DNA of 64,000 nt from an uncultured Planctomycetaceae bacterium (lineage in GTDB: Bacteria; Planctomycetota; Phycisphaerae; Sedimentisphaerales; UBA12454): assembly GCA_964492875.1 (NCBI GenBank), contig CAZBLD010000007.1:21949-85948 (forward strand), in the 5' to 3' direction. The notes beneath the pieces were generated by a model. That model made no database searches, was not told the origin of the DNA, and saw only the letters and a list, made by a program, of their open reading frames with translations. The position numbers were made by a program, and so were the translations under genes. Shown piece by piece: positions 53,228 through 63,554 of the stretch; position 1 is the stretch's first letter; every line of letters begins with the position of its first letter.

Positions 53228-54550
53228 TTATTTTCTTCGAATCAGCAATCCTGCAATTGCGAACAGGACTAACGTGGCTGGTTCCGGAATATAATTTTGC
53301 GACATATTGCCTGTAGTGATACCGGCCATTGTGAAGACTACAGGTTCTCCTGTCCGGAAGTTAAAAATCCCGACGCTGTTGTTGGTTTGCAGATTGGCGA
53401 TGTCGTTCGCGTCAAGGGCAAACTTGTACAGATAGCCTGTGCCGGTAGCGGTGTGGTCGGCTACACTAAGAAAGGCCAGCGGCTCGTTATTCAATACTAC
53501 GGCCAGGTCCGCCAACAGGTCCGGAGCGATGACCAGAAAGTCGGGTTCTCCACTAATAACATAATTAATAAAGTCAACCGTTAGGTTTATTGTTCCAGGG
53601 TTAGGATACTGTATGCCTTCGAGCGCCATGCCGTGACAAATATTGCTCCAATAGTAAACCTGGGTGTTGGCATCGGTTTGGTTCTTCATCCAGTTCCAGG
53701 CATCTTTCATATCCTGATATGTGGTGCCATCATCGACTACCCAATCGTCAGGAAGAGGAGTAATGCCGTCCGGCATTTTCTTGGCTGGATCCGGATACAT
53801 CAGATAGATTTCGCTATCGTCATATCCGCGGGCTTTGAGGTTACTATAAATCCGAGAGAGGCTGTTGTAATTAGCCCAAGCATCAGGTTCGACGGCAGAA
53901 TATATAACAGAACCTCCAAAAAGAATGGCTCGGTATTTATCCGGGGTATCGCCACCTCCCTGGTTTGTGCGATACAGTGTTACGTCGGTTTTGTCCGTTC
54001 CCTCGTAGGTAAATTTGTACTGCGGGTGCTCCTTCAGCGGATTGTTAACTACCGGGCCTACCAAGTCTTTGTTGTATCCGTACTCGGCGGCTTCGGCGTG
54101 CGTGTTGACATCTGTGCCTCCGGCCCTTTGTGCATAAGGGAAGTTGTAATAAGATTCCGATAGGTTGCCGGTTGTTCCACCGATAGGACCATACCAAGCT
54201 AACTCATAGTACCGCGAGGCCGAAGTGAACGAGGATACGTCTGAACTTGTGCCGACGGAATATGTCAGTTGGTCAATCATTCCGCCGCCGTAACATTCCA
54301 TAAATGCAAAGGCAGTTTCCGCGTAATTTTTCTGCCCCTGAGCATTTATCAAAGCATTTTTGACCATCTGGGCAAATTCACCATCCAAGATGAACTTGCC
54401 GTCACTGGTGCAAATACCAGAGAGCCTGATTGTGGGACCGCTGTTTTGATTGGCATCATATTCTGGGAATTCTGCCCGGCTTTGCCCGCCGAAAACAGCG
54501 ATGAACACTATCGCCCCCAGTATTATTGAAAGAGACTTAACCGGTTTCAT
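53228..54550 (-). CDS. PEP-CTERM-anchored secreted protein, paralog A
   Basis: Signal peptide. C-terminal IPEPATLVLFAIAGLLIRRK (PEP-CTERM sorting signal). Confidence 0.8.
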   Translation of the reverse strand: MKPVKSLSIILGAIVFIAVFGGQSRAEFPEYDANQNSGPTIRLSGICTSDGKFILDGEFAQMVKNALINAQGQKNYAETAFAFMECYGGGMIDQLTYSVGTSSDVSSFTSASRYYELAWYGPIGGTTGNLSESYYNFPYAQRAGGTDVNTHAEAAEYGYNKDLVGPVVNNPLKEHPQYKFTYEGTDKTDVTLYRTNQGGGDTPDKYRAILFGGSVIYSAVEPDAWANYNSLSRIYSNLKARGYDDSEIYLMYPDPAKKMPDGITPLPDDWVVDDGTTYQDMKDAWNWMKNQTDANTQVYYWSNICHGMALEGIQYPNPGTINLTVDFINYVISGEPDFLVIAPDLLADLAVVLNNEPLAFLSVADHTATGTGYLYKFALDANDIANLQTNNSVGIFNFRTGEPVVFTMAGITTGNMSQNYIPEPATLVLFAIAGLLIRRK

Positions 54551-54582
54551 TTTCTCCCTTCTCCATTTATAACTATACCAGT

Positions 54583-55932
54583 TTATTTTTTTCGAATCAG
54601 CAATCCTGCAATTGCGAACAGGACTAACGTGGCTGGTTCCGGAATAGGGTTGGCCATATCACCTGTGGTGACGCCGGCCATCGTAAAATCTACAGGCCCC
54701 CCTGTCCAGTTGAACTCGAAACTATTACTGGTTATCTGCAGATTGGCGATGTCAATCTCATCAAGAGCAAACTTGTACAGATAGTCTGAGCCTACGCCGG
54801 CAAGGTCTGTTACCTCGAGAAAAGTCAGCGGTTTGTGATTCAATATTACGGCCAGGTCCGTGAGCATATCCGGAGCAATGACCTGAAAGTAGGGTGTTCC
54901 GGAGATTGCACCAGTTCCCTCACCATAGAAGTAAAACAGGTCTCTAACCTGATCAATAAATTCGCCTGTCAGGCCAAAGTCATATTCTACTCCGACCTCG
55001 ATGAGCTCATTGAGGTCGTCCCAGACCGCCCCGACGATATCATACGTCCGGTTGCCATGACAAATACTGCTCCAATAGTAAATCTGAGTGGTGGCAGTGC
55101 TTTGGTTCTGCATCCAAGTCCAGGCACTGAGCATATCCCTGTATGTAGTGCCATCGTCAACTGTCCAACTGGCAGGAAGTGCAGCACCGTTCGGCTTCGT
55201 ATTGGCCGGATACATCAGGTAGATTTCAGCGTCGGTATATCCACGGGCTTTAAGGTCGCCATAAATCCGGGACACGCTGTTGTAATTGGCCCATTGGTTG
55301 GTGGAACCTCCAAAAACAATGGCTCGATATGCGTCCGGCGTATCGCCGCTTATGTTTGCACGATGCAGTGTTACATCGGTTTTGTTCGGCAGCAGGCAGG
55401 GAAATTTATATTGGGGGTGCTCCCAGACCACATTTCCATCCTGATTTTTCACTACGGGGCCTACAAAGTCATTGTCGTATCCATACTGACCGGCTGCGCC
55501 ATGATTGTAGACAGTTGCGCCTCCGGCCCTCTGAGAATAGTATTTGTTGTAATAAGATTCATTGTTGTTGGATGCATCATAACTACTCCAATAGTAGGCC
55601 GGCTTATCGTGCTTCGAGGCCGAAGTGAACGAGGTTACGTCTGAACTTTTGCCGATAACGGGCAGGAGTTCGTCAATCATACCGCCGCCAAAACATTCCA
55701 TAAACGCAAAGGCAGCTTCCTGATTAGTGAGACCCAAAGGATTTGTAACCATCCAGGCAAATGCCGAGTCCCAGACAACCTTGCTGTCGCTGGTGCAAAT
55801 ACCGGAATGCCAGTTTGTGGAACAGCTGTCCTGACTGGTATATTCCGGGAATTCTGCACGGCTTTGCTCGCTGAAAACAGCGATAAACACTATCACCCCG
55901 AGTGTGATTGAGAAAAACTTAACCGCTCTCAT
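54583..55932 (-). CDS. PEP-CTERM-anchored secreted protein, paralog B
   Basis: Collinear with paralog A (shared blocks SRAEFPEY, AFAFMEC.GGGMID, HPQYKF, YRAI.FGGS, EIYLMYP, VIAPD.L.DLAV.LN, YLYKFALD). PEP-CTERM tail. ATG 55932 with GGGAGG upstream. Confidence 0.8.
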   Translation of the reverse strand: MRAVKFFSITLGVIVFIAVFSEQSRAEFPEYTSQDSCSTNWHSGICTSDSKVVWDSAFAWMVTNPLGLTNQEAAFAFMECFGGGMIDELLPVIGKSSDVTSFTSASKHDKPAYYWSSYDASNNNESYYNKYYSQRAGGATVYNHGAAGQYGYDNDFVGPVVKNQDGNVVWEHPQYKFPCLLPNKTDVTLHRANISGDTPDAYRAIVFGGSTNQWANYNSVSRIYGDLKARGYTDAEIYLMYPANTKPNGAALPASWTVDDGTTYRDMLSAWTWMQNQSTATTQIYYWSSICHGNRTYDIVGAVWDDLNELIEVGVEYDFGLTGEFIDQVRDLFYFYGEGTGAISGTPYFQVIAPDMLTDLAVILNHKPLTFLEVTDLAGVGSDYLYKFALDEIDIANLQITSNSFEFNWTGGPVDFTMAGVTTGDMANPIPEPATLVLFAIAGLLIRKK

Positions 55933-56119
55933 CTTCTTCCTACCTCCCTTGTCCATTTATACTTACTACCCCATTATAGACATTTCCTACTGACTGTCAA
56001 GTAAAAAAAGTCTGCCAAATCGGAGAACAGGAGAAATGGAGTATAGAATAATGTAGAACAGGCACAGAGGGGAAAGAATAAAAGAATATCGAATACTGAA
56101 TAGTGAAGTTAAATAATCC

Positions 56120-56148
56120 GTGAAATCCGTGAAATCAGTGGTTAATAT
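56120..56148 (+). promoter_or_regulatory. Promoter-like module GTGAAA-17-TAATAT inside a CCGTGAAATCCGTGAAATCAGTGGTTAA repeat
   Basis: GTGAAA at 56120-56125, 17-nt spacer, TAATAT at 56143-56148. The uvrB ATG lies 7 nt downstream (56156). Confidence 0.4.
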
Positions 56149-56155
56149 TAGAAAT

Positions 56156-58150
56156 ATGGCGAAATTTAAGTTAGTAAGCAGTTTTGTGCCGAAGGGTGAC
56201 CAGCCGGAGGCGATAAAAACTCTTGCCGACGGACTAAAAGCCGGCAGGCAATACCAGGTACTCTACGGCGTTACCGGCAGCGGAAAAACTTTCACTATGG
56301 CTAACGCCATCGCTCAATACCAAAGACCTACCCTCGTAATCAGCCATAATAAGACATTAGCCGCTCAACTCTACGAGGAATTCAGAGAGCTTTTTCCAAA
56401 CAACGCTGTTGAGTACTTCGTCAGCTATTATGATTATTACCAGCCGGAGGCGTATATCCCGCAGCGAGATATATATATCGAAAAAGACGCTTCGCGGAAC
56501 GATGAATTAGACAGGCTCCGCCTTGCTGCTACAACAAGTCTTACGAGCAGGGATGATGTGATAATCGTTGCATCGGTTTCGTGCATTTTCGGATTAGGTT
56601 CGCCTGAGGATTACAAGGCAAGCGTTGTTGCCGTCAAAATCGGCGATACTGTTGAACGCAACGAACTTTTAGGCAGATTTGCTGATTTGCAGTATGCAAG
56701 AAACGACATTGATTTTCATCGCGGCACTTTCCGTGTTCGCGGCGATGTCGTGGAGTTGTGGCCGAGCTATGAATCTTTTGCCGTGAGATTAGAATTTTTC
56801 GGCGATGAAATAGAAAAAATAAATTATATTAACCCGACAAGCGGGGAAATCCTGGCGACCGAGCAGCAATTGTTTGTTTATCCGGCAGGTCATTATGTAA
56901 TGCCTGCCGACAGGATTGAGCTGGCAATTGGGAGTATAAAAATCGAACTCCAGCAGCAGCTTATGAAACTAAGGCAGGAAGGGAAACTGTTAGAAGCACA
57001 ACGATTACAAGCGAGGACGCTCTACGATATAGAAATGCTCAAGGAAGTCGGGTTTTGCAGCGGGATTGAAAATTATTCAAGGCATTTGAGCGGACTGCCG
57101 GCAGGGGCGAGGCCTTATACGCTGATTGATTATTTTCCTGACGATTTTCTTTTGTTTATTGACGAATCGCATGCAACAATACCACAGATTCGGGCGATGC
57201 CCGCAGGAGACAGGAGCAGAAAAGAGGTTCTGGTTGAACACGGATTCAGGCTGCCGAGCGCACTTGATAACAGGCCGCTAAGGTTCGATGAATTTCAGCA
57301 GGATTGGCGGAATGTAATATTTGTTTCGGCAACGCCGGCGGAATTTGAACTGAACCTGAGCAAAGGAGCGGTTGTAGAGCAGATTGTAAGGCCGACGGGG
57401 CTGCTCGACCCGGAGATTTTTGTCCATCCTGCTTCAAATCAGGTGCCTCATCTGCTCGATTTGATTGACAGGCACGTCCAGGTAAAGCAGCGGGTGCTTG
57501 TTATAACACTCACAAAGAGGCTTGCAGAGGATTTGTCTTCATATATAACGAAAAAAGGCTACCGCTGCAGATACCTGCACAGTGAAATCAAGACGCTTGA
57601 ACGTGTGGATATTCTGCGCGATTTGCGCAGGGGCGAATTTGACGTGCTGGTGGGCATAAACCTTCTCCGTGAGGGGCTTGATTTGCCTGAGGTTTCACTT
57701 GTTGCGATTCTCGATGCCGACAAGGAAGGCTTCCTGAGAAGCCAGACCTCACTGATTCAGACCATCGGCAGAACCGCAAGAAACGTTGACGCAAAGGTCT
57801 TTCTGTATGCCGATAAGGTTACCGAATCGATGCAAAAAGCAATTGACGAAACGAACCGGCGGCGTAAAATACAGATGCAGTACAATAAAGAGCATAACAT
57901 TACGCCTGAGACGATAAAAAAGCAGATTTATACAGGCCTGCAGGATAAATTAAAGGCAAGAGAGGTTGCCCGCCAGGCAATCAGCCTGAGCGATGACGAA
58001 TATGATGCTGCTGAAATCGCTGCACAAATTGAGAAAGAGATGTTGGAAGCTGCCCAGAGGCTTGATTTTGAACGAGCAGCTTATTTAAGAGACCAGCTAA
58101 AAGAATTAAAAGAAATGCCGCAGATTACACAATCTCAAAAAAGCAGATAA
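56156..58150 (+). CDS. uvrB: Excinuclease ABC subunit B
   Basis: [20 protein letters not shown] matches the canonical UvrB N-terminus. Walker [13 protein letters not shown] box, C-terminal UVR domain. The track's GTG at 56120 lies in repeat DNA. Confidence 0.95.
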   Translation: MAKFKLVSSFVPKGDQPEAIKTLADGLKAGRQYQVLYGVTGSGKTFTMANAIAQYQRPTLVISHNKTLAAQLYEEFRELFPNNAVEYFVSYYDYYQPEAYIPQRDIYIEKDASRNDELDRLRLAATTSLTSRDDVIIVASVSCIFGLGSPEDYKASVVAVKIGDTVERNELLGRFADLQYARNDIDFHRGTFRVRGDVVELWPSYESFAVRLEFFGDEIEKINYINPTSGEILATEQQLFVYPAGHYVMPADRIELAIGSIKIELQQQLMKLRQEGKLLEAQRLQARTLYDIEMLKEVGFCSGIENYSRHLSGLPAGARPYTLIDYFPDDFLLFIDESHATIPQIRAMPAGDRSRKEVLVEHGFRLPSALDNRPLRFDEFQQDWRNVIFVSATPAEFELNLSKGAVVEQIVRPTGLLDPEIFVHPASNQVPHLLDLIDRHVQVKQRVLVITLTKRLAEDLSSYITKKGYRCRYLHSEIKTLERVDILRDLRRGEFDVLVGINLLREGLDLPEVSLVAILDADKEGFLRSQTSLIQTIGRTARNVDAKVFLYADKVTESMQKAIDETNRRRKIQMQYNKEHNITPETIKKQIYTGLQDKLKAREVARQAISLSDDEYDAAEIAAQIEKEMLEAAQRLDFERAAYLRDQLKELKEMPQITQSQKSR

Positions 58151-58160
58151 GGAATCAAAA

Positions 58161-59033
58161 ATGAAAAGTCTGAACCTTAGAAGTATAAACAAGCTTATAG
58201 ATATGGCGATTGAGGAAGATTACGGCGGGAAAGACCCATCGAGTGAGCTTATGATACCTGCACGCGCAAGGGGCAAGGCGTATATTGTAACGCGCGAGGA
58301 AATCGTTGTTGGAGGTATGGCTATTGCAAAAATGGTTCTGAAAAGATATGACGGGCGGCTTAAATTAAAGATTCTCAAACACGATGGTCAGCAGGCCAAA
58401 GTCGCCGACAGACTCGCCGTGATTGAAGGACCTATACGGTCGATGTTGACAGCTGAACGCGTTGTGCTCAATTTTCTTCAGAGGCTCTGTGGAATAGCAA
58501 CTATGACTTATAAATATGTTCACGCCGTCCGCGGCACAAAGGCCAAAATATATGACACAAGAAAAACTATTCCCGGCTGGCGCGAGCTTGAAAAATATGC
58601 CGTCCGCTGCGGGAAAGGGTATAACCACCGCTACAGCCTCAGCGAAGCGGTGATGTTCAAGGACAATCATATTGCACAGTTAGGTAAAAATTTGACGCCG
58701 AAACTTAAAAAGTTCGTCGAAAAGGCAAGAAAAATCGAGGGTGTAAAATTTATCTGTGTCGAGGTTGACCATGTGGACGACCAGCTTAATTATGTTCTGA
58801 AAGTGCCCGGCATTGACGTTGTGCTGCTCGATAATATGGGCCAGTGGCAGTATAAACACGCTGTCGAGATGAGAAACAGGATGTGCGGCAATAAACCTCT
58901 GCTTGAGGCAAGCGGCGGGATTACGCTTAACAATGTAAGACAAATCGCACTTTGCGGTGTTGACAGGATTTCCATAGGAGCAATAACCCACAGTGCAGTT
59001 TCGGTAGATATTGGTCTCGATAGAGAATTTTAG
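58161..59033 (+). CDS. nadC: Nicotinate-nucleotide pyrophosphorylase (quinolinate phosphoribosyltransferase)
   Basis: ERVVLNFLQRLCGIAT, DTRKTIPG, GKGYNHRYSLSEAVMFKDNH, and the LDNM block. Confidence 0.9.
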   Translation: MKSLNLRSINKLIDMAIEEDYGGKDPSSELMIPARARGKAYIVTREEIVVGGMAIAKMVLKRYDGRLKLKILKHDGQQAKVADRLAVIEGPIRSMLTAERVVLNFLQRLCGIATMTYKYVHAVRGTKAKIYDTRKTIPGWRELEKYAVRCGKGYNHRYSLSEAVMFKDNHIAQLGKNLTPKLKKFVEKARKIEGVKFICVEVDHVDDQLNYVLKVPGIDVVLLDNMGQWQYKHAVEMRNRMCGNKPLLEASGGITLNNVRQIALCGVDRISIGAITHSAVSVDIGLDREF

Positions 59034-59037
59034 ACAG

Positions 59038-59844
59038 ATGCCCGGAAAACATGTTTCGCTTGACGCTGATTTTATAAAAGCAAATCTCGGTACAATCCGA
59101 ATCGGCAACAGAATAGTCATTTACAAAAGCACTTCAAGCACGAATGATATTGCTGCAGAATATGCCAAAGGCGGCAGAAAAAACGATGGACTTGTTATCT
59201 TTGCTGAGTACCAGGCCGCAGGCAGAGGCAGAAGAGCAAATAAATGGCTCAGCCCTGCCGGAAAAAGCATTCTCTGTTCAATCCTTTTGTACGAACCTGA
59301 TATTAAACCTGATGCACTTATCCTCGCCTGCGCTGTTGCTGCTGCCGAGACTATAGGTCGATGCGGCAAAACTGATGCAAAAATCAAATGGCCCAATGAC
59401 ATCCTGTTGAATGATAAAAAAGTTGCAGGAATTCTTGTCGAAGGCATATCAGTAAAAAAACAAAAATTTTTCATTATCGGCATCGGCATCAACTGTCATC
59501 AGAAAAAAAAAGATTTTCCCGATGAGCTGAGCCGAACAGCCACAAGCATTGATGTTCAAAGCGGTACTGTTTGCGACAGAAACAGAATTGCCAAAAGACT
59601 GCTCGTAAATCTTGACCACTGTCTTGCTATCGAACTGAAAAATCCCGACGAAATCGTTGAAAAGTGGCGCAGTCAGAGCATCCTTTTGGGAAAGCACATT
59701 ACCGTGGAGCATAACGGCAGAGAGTTTACGGGAAATTGTATCGGCATCGAACCAACCGAAGGACTTATCGTTCAACTTGAGCGCGGCGGAGTCAGAATCT
59801 TTGATGCAGCCTCTACTACTATAGTGCAAAATCAGTTCAAATAA
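59038..59844 (+). CDS. birA: Biotin--[acetyl-CoA-carboxylase] ligase (no N-terminal HTH)
   Basis: QAAGRGRRANKW, KWPNDILLNDKKVAGILVE. The ATG at 59038 lies immediately after the nadC stop. Confidence 0.85.
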   Translation: MPGKHVSLDADFIKANLGTIRIGNRIVIYKSTSSTNDIAAEYAKGGRKNDGLVIFAEYQAAGRGRRANKWLSPAGKSILCSILLYEPDIKPDALILACAVAAAETIGRCGKTDAKIKWPNDILLNDKKVAGILVEGISVKKQKFFIIGIGINCHQKKKDFPDELSRTATSIDVQSGTVCDRNRIAKRLLVNLDHCLAIELKNPDEIVEKWRSQSILLGKHITVEHNGREFTGNCIGIEPTEGLIVQLERGGVRIFDAASTTIVQNQFK

Positions 59845-59875
59845 ATTATACTGCTGCCTGTGTGGAGATAAAAAA

Positions 59876-61258
59876 ATGGTGGAAAAGTTTGATATTGCTG
59901 TAATCGGTTCAGGCCCCGGAGGGTATGCTGCTGCGATAAGATGCGCACAAAGAGGCGCCGCGGTTGCAATTATTGAGAAAGATAATGTCGGCGGCGTATG
60001 TCTTAACCGCGGATGTATTCCGTCAAAGGCTCTTCTTGCCTCGGCTCATATTTTGACAATCACAAGAAATGCAAGATTTTTAGGCGTTGAAGTCGAAAAC
60101 CCGAAAGTAAACTGGCCGAAGATGCAGAACCGCAAGGATGTGGTTGTTGCAGGATTCAGAAAGGGGCTGACCGACCTGATTCAGAGCAACAAAATAAAAA
60201 TCATTCAGGGCACAGGTATTGCTACAGCAAAAAATAAAATCGCTGTTCAAAGCGATGATTCTGAGGAAATTGAAGCTGGAAAAGTCATTATCGCTACCGG
60301 CTCAGTGCCGATTGAAATTCCATCTGTTCCATTTGACGGGAAAGATATAATAAGCAGCACCGAGGCGTTAAACCTCAATCATATACCCGAATCAATGGTT
60401 GTAATCGGCGGCGGCGTTATCGGTTGTGAGATGGCTTGTATCTATGCGACTGTCGGCTCAAAGATTACTATTGTCGAGGCATTGCCAAGTATCCTGCCGT
60501 TTGAAGACGAATGGGTCGGACGATTATTAACAAGAGAATTCAAAAAACTTTGTATAGATGTCATTACAGGCAATAAAGTCATCGCTTCTGCAAAATCAGA
60601 CTCAAAGATAAAACTTTCTCTCGAAGATGGCGAATCAATTGAGACTGAAAAGGTTCTGGTTTCTGTCGGCAGAAAGGCCTTTTGCGACAGCCAGACTATT
60701 AAGGCTCTTTCACTCCAGATGAATGGCTCAGCGATAAAGGTCAACGAAAAAATGCAGACAAATGTTGCCGGCGTTTATGCGATTGGAGATGTTGTCGGGA
60801 CAACCTATCTTGCTCACGGTGCATTTCTTGAAGCCCAAGTCGCTGCTGAAAATGCAACAGGTGGTGATGTCTGTATAAAAGATTATTCGCTTGTGCCCAG
60901 AGCGGTCTATACGTTTCCTGAAGTTACTTCGGTTGGGAAAAACGAAACCAGATGTAAGCAGATGGGCATTGATTACACAATCGGCAGGGCGTTCTTCAGG
61001 GCAAACGGCAGGAGTCTTGCGTATAATGAAACGGCTGGTGAAGTAAGAGTTGTGCGGGACAAAAAAACAAATAAAGTTCTCGGCGTAACAATGGTTGGAG
61101 CCGCTGTTACTGAAATGATTGCTTCAGCAAGGGCTCTTTTAGGCAGCCAGGAACCAATCTGTGAGATTTCGTTTGCTCATCCAACTGTTTCTGAGGTGCT
61201 AAAAGAAGCCTGGGAAGATACCTTCGGTTTCGCCTTGCATGTTCCGCCAAAAGCTTAA
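59876..61258 (+). CDS. lpdA: Dihydrolipoyl dehydrogenase
   Basis: FAD-binding GSGPGGYAAA, redox-active GGVCLNRGCIPSK, NAD-binding GGGVIGCE, C-terminal dimerisation HPT motif. Confidence 0.9.
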   Translation: MVEKFDIAVIGSGPGGYAAAIRCAQRGAAVAIIEKDNVGGVCLNRGCIPSKALLASAHILTITRNARFLGVEVENPKVNWPKMQNRKDVVVAGFRKGLTDLIQSNKIKIIQGTGIATAKNKIAVQSDDSEEIEAGKVIIATGSVPIEIPSVPFDGKDIISSTEALNLNHIPESMVVIGGGVIGCEMACIYATVGSKITIVEALPSILPFEDEWVGRLLTREFKKLCIDVITGNKVIASAKSDSKIKLSLEDGESIETEKVLVSVGRKAFCDSQTIKALSLQMNGSAIKVNEKMQTNVAGVYAIGDVVGTTYLAHGAFLEAQVAAENATGGDVCIKDYSLVPRAVYTFPEVTSVGKNETRCKQMGIDYTIGRAFFRANGRSLAYNETAGEVRVVRDKKTNKVLGVTMVGAAVTEMIASARALLGSQEPICEISFAHPTVSEVLKEAWEDTFGFALHVPPKA

Positions 61259-61437
61259 ACAGCTCATCGGTTTGATAGGATAATCGCAGGTTACTTTTTT
61301 GTTGACGGGCAATGCTGCATAAAGTACAGTGGCTGGCAGATTTGACTAAATTTTGTCCGGTTTTTAAGGTTTTTACGAAGTTAACGGCCGATTACGGGTC
61401 GAAGCAAAAATAATAAAAGGATTGTAAGTCAGGGGAA

Positions 61438-62259
61438 ATGCAGGTTTTACGAAATTTTAAAACCTACTTTTTCAGGGGTTTGGCCGCACTTTTGCCGACT
61501 ATTTTGACGGTCTGGATTTTTGTCCAGCTATACCTGTTTATCCAACATAACATAAGTGCACATATTAACCGCGGAGTAGTCAGAATTCTGGTGTATGCTG
61601 TCCCACACTATCCATACATAAGTGAGGACAATTTGTCGGCTTATGTCAAAGAAAATTATCCTGCCGCGGCTGATAACCCACAGATGCTGGCTGAAAAGAT
61701 GAATGACCCTAATGTGAAAAGAACGGCCAGAATTGAAAAGGCTGAGAGTTTCTGGGTTCATGGCAAAGGACAAATAACAGGTTTTATAGCAGCATTTCTG
61801 ATAGTGATTTTTGTCGGGGCTTTTCTGGCCAGCGTTATCGGCAGAGCAGTATGGCGGATGTTTGAACATACGTTTATGAAGACGCCGCTGCTTCGAAGTA
61901 TTTATCCATATATTAAACAGGTAACGGATTTTTTTCTTGCCAGCAAAAAAATATCATTCAGCAAGGTAGTTGCAGTTGAGTTTCCCCGAAAGGGTATGTG
62001 GGCCGTAGGAATGGTTACCGGACCAGGACTGAAGAAACTGGCTCCGGAGGGAACGGAATTATTAACTGTTTTTGTTCCCACGGCACCATCGCCGATTACC
62101 GGCTTTGTGCTTATTGTTCCCAAATCGGAAGTTGTCGAACTGGATATTTCCATTGAAGAAATTTTGAGATTTATCATGAGCGGAGGCGTAATAGCTCCCG
62201 GGGATATTGTTAGCGGGAAATTGTCGGAAGATGAAAGCCATACATTGAAAAGCGAATGA
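61438..62259 (+). CDS. DUF502 family membrane protein
   Basis: Two TM segments plus the PTAPSPITGFVLIVPKSEVVELDISIEE block typical of DUF502. Confidence 0.65.
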   Translation: MQVLRNFKTYFFRGLAALLPTILTVWIFVQLYLFIQHNISAHINRGVVRILVYAVPHYPYISEDNLSAYVKENYPAAADNPQMLAEKMNDPNVKRTARIEKAESFWVHGKGQITGFIAAFLIVIFVGAFLASVIGRAVWRMFEHTFMKTPLLRSIYPYIKQVTDFFLASKKISFSKVVAVEFPRKGMWAVGMVTGPGLKKLAPEGTELLTVFVPTAPSPITGFVLIVPKSEVVELDISIEEILRFIMSGGVIAPGDIVSGKLSEDESHTLKSE

Positions 62260-62281
62260 ATATTTTTTAAGGAGCGGAAAG

Positions 62282-62602
62282 TTGGACGTAAGAATCATTG
62301 GTAAACACATGGATATGACGGATGCCATCAAGGCAAAAATTGAAGGGGAAATCTCCCGGCTTCCCAAGTTTTACAACATCATAGAAAATGTGGAGGTTAT
62401 CGTCGAAGGCAGCAAAGACGGGGCAACAAGCAGCGTAGAGATAATCGTAAGGGCCCGGCATAATCATATATTTGTTGCCAAGCAGGTCGGTCAGGATATA
62501 TATGGATGTGTGGATGAAGTCATAAGAAAAGTTGAACGTCAGCTTAAAAAACAGAAACAGAAAGAACGGGACAACAAGCATACAGACAAAGCAGGAACAT
62601 GA
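62282..62602 (+). CDS. hpf: Ribosome hibernation promoting factor (HPF/RaiA family)
   Basis: IIGKHMDMTDAIKAKIE...VEVIVE...A..Q.GQDIYGCVDEVIRKVERQLKK. TTG start with AAGGAG upstream. Confidence 0.85.
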   Translation: MDVRIIGKHMDMTDAIKAKIEGEISRLPKFYNIIENVEVIVEGSKDGATSSVEIIVRARHNHIFVAKQVGQDIYGCVDEVIRKVERQLKKQKQKERDNKHTDKAGT

Positions 62603-62702
62603 TGAGTTTATGCTTTTGCTGTTTGTTTTGTTCTGCATAAATAAAGAGACAGGAATGGTTAAAAACTGATATAGCTATGTTTTAGGATGTTCGGGAGCCA
62701 AT

Positions 62703-63173
62703 ATGAAAATAGCTGATTTTGTTTGTGCCAAGGCTATTATACCGAGGCTTGAAGCGGTGAAGAGAGATGATGCAATAAGGGAACTTATCGGGGCCCTTGA
62801 CAGGGCCGGAAAACTTGGCAAGGACAATGCTGCGGATGTTGCGAAGGCTGTTATCAAGAGAGAAAATGAGGCCAGCACAGGCATCGGAAAAGGAGTAGCT
62901 GTGCCGCATGTCAAGCACAAGGCTGCAAAAAAAGTCGTTGCCGCTATCGGAATAAGCGCAACAGGAATTGATTTTTCCGCCCTCGACAAGCAGCCGGTTT
63001 ATACCGTCATTCTGCTTATCAGCCCAACCGAAGGCGACCAGCATCTGCAGGCTATGGAGGCCGTCTTTGAACATTTGCAGAATGATAATTTCAGAAAGTT
63101 TCTCAGACAAAGTGAAACTGTCGAACAGATAAAAGAATTACTGGTTGAAGCCGACCAGAATCCTTCGTGGTAG
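62703..63173 (+). CDS. ptsN: PTS EIIA(Ntr)-type regulatory protein
   Basis: REN-EASTGIGKGVAVPHVK, containing the phospho-histidine context. Confidence 0.85.
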   Translation: MKIADFVCAKAIIPRLEAVKRDDAIRELIGALDRAGKLGKDNAADVAKAVIKRENEASTGIGKGVAVPHVKHKAAKKVVAAIGISATGIDFSALDKQPVYTVILLISPTEGDQHLQAMEAVFEHLQNDNFRKFLRQSETVEQIKELLVEADQNPSW

Positions 63174-63213
63174 GCCGGATTGGAAGACTTGGCAGAAGGT
63201 AGCTTTAAAAAAT

Positions 63214-63540
63214 ATGGGAGTTGAACCATTGTCTGATTCAGTCAGTCAGACCGAGGTCGAGATCAAAAATGCCAACGGCCTGCACTTGAGGCCGGCGATG
63301 CAGCTTGTCGATACCGCCAGCCGATTTATAAGCGATGTCAAAATCAGCAACGGCAAAACCACGGTCGACGGGAAAAGCATTATGCAGGTTACAATGCTTG
63401 CCGCCTCGGCAGGTACAAAACTAACTATAACTGCCACGGGCTCTGATGCTCAGATGGCAACCGAAGCCTTGAAAGACCTTATTGAAAATAAACTTTTTGG
63501 CGAACAGGACCGGCAGGTAGAGAAAAGAACTGCCGGCTGA
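63214..63540 (+). CDS. ptsH: HPr/NPr phosphocarrier protein
   Basis: NANGLHLRPA (His15 context) and GKSIMQV (Ser46 context). ATG 63214 is preferred over the track start at 63145. Confidence 0.85.
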   Translation: MGVEPLSDSVSQTEVEIKNANGLHLRPAMQLVDTASRFISDVKISNGKTTVDGKSIMQVTMLAASAGTKLTITATGSDAQMATEALKDLIENKLFGEQDRQVEKRTAG

Positions 63541-63554
63541 TTGGCGTAAAACAG

